Shown here: piece after piece, positions 63,571-64,000 of the stretch | Layout: the number at the start of each line of letters is the position of its first letter | Position numbering within the stretch: position 1 is the first letter of the stretch | Assembly: GCF_018977255.1 (NCBI RefSeq) | Contig: NW_024704743.1 | Span: 10,108,001 to 10,172,000 of the forward strand | Length of the DNA: 64,000 nucleotides | Direction: 5' to 3' | Origin: Callorhinchus milii | Taxonomy: Eukaryota | The notes under the pieces: model-generated | Databases searched by the model: none | What the model saw: the letters and a program-made list of their open reading frames with translations, nothing else | Told to the model about the DNA's origin: nothing | Program-made: the position numbers and the translations under genes

Positions 63571-64000
63571 TGACGTAATAAGGCACTTTATCAAATGCAA
63601 GGATTATCATTATTATCATTCTGTATCATTTCTTAATTCTCATCTTACATCTTTTTAGAAACGACACATTTGTCACCTGTGTGAGCCCAGTGTAACACCA
63701 GAGCTTACACTGCAGCTGTGTTCTGTTGAGGTTAATATCAGAACTGCGGCAGTCACTGAATGGTCACAATGGGGCTGCTCCGATTGCTGAGAAGGATGAC
63801 TGTGCGCACCACCATGCAAGCACACACACAAATACACACGCATAACTTGGAGACAGCTCTGTGCCCAGACTAGCGGGCATAGACTATTAGGGTAATGTCA
63901 GTCATTTATGGCACCACTGCCCTCATTGAGGTTAATGTGGAAACAGCAAAGGCCAATGGGGGTAGAAATGCTGGTGTCACATCACTGAACAGTTTGCATT

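Overview
Eukaryotic, repeat-dense, essentially non-coding DNA, probably a long intron or gene desert. The repeat content points to a cartilaginous fish, plausibly a chimaera such as Callorhinchus (inference from recalled repeat families, no database search run). I found no recognisable host protein-coding gene, CRISPR array, rRNA or true tRNA. The longer ORFs are retrotransposon fragments, their antisense frames, or microsatellite. The window contains: CR1 LINEs, including a ~3.2 kb copy with ORF1 esterase, endonuclease and RT (27771-30948); L2 LINEs, including a ~3.5 kb copy with endonuclease and RT (43009-46491); about 15 copies of a tRNA-headed, L2-tailed SINE in long and short forms; older Deu-domain SINEs; LF-SINE-like and Penelope remnants; and an unclassified ~450 bp structured repeat in about 7 copies. 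The best leads are: covarying 3' stem-loops that link SINE subfamilies to specific L2 partners; a SINE with a twin-priming-type 5' inversion; two L2 insertions at the same site of the SINE core; a probable Meta/Deu-type chimeric SINE; an invertebrate-type CR1 RT relic beside the unclassified repeat; and regulatory motif clusters (NRF1/ETS/YY1, E-box/D-box, GATA-RUNX-GATA). Boundaries of old repeats are approximate (tens of bp).
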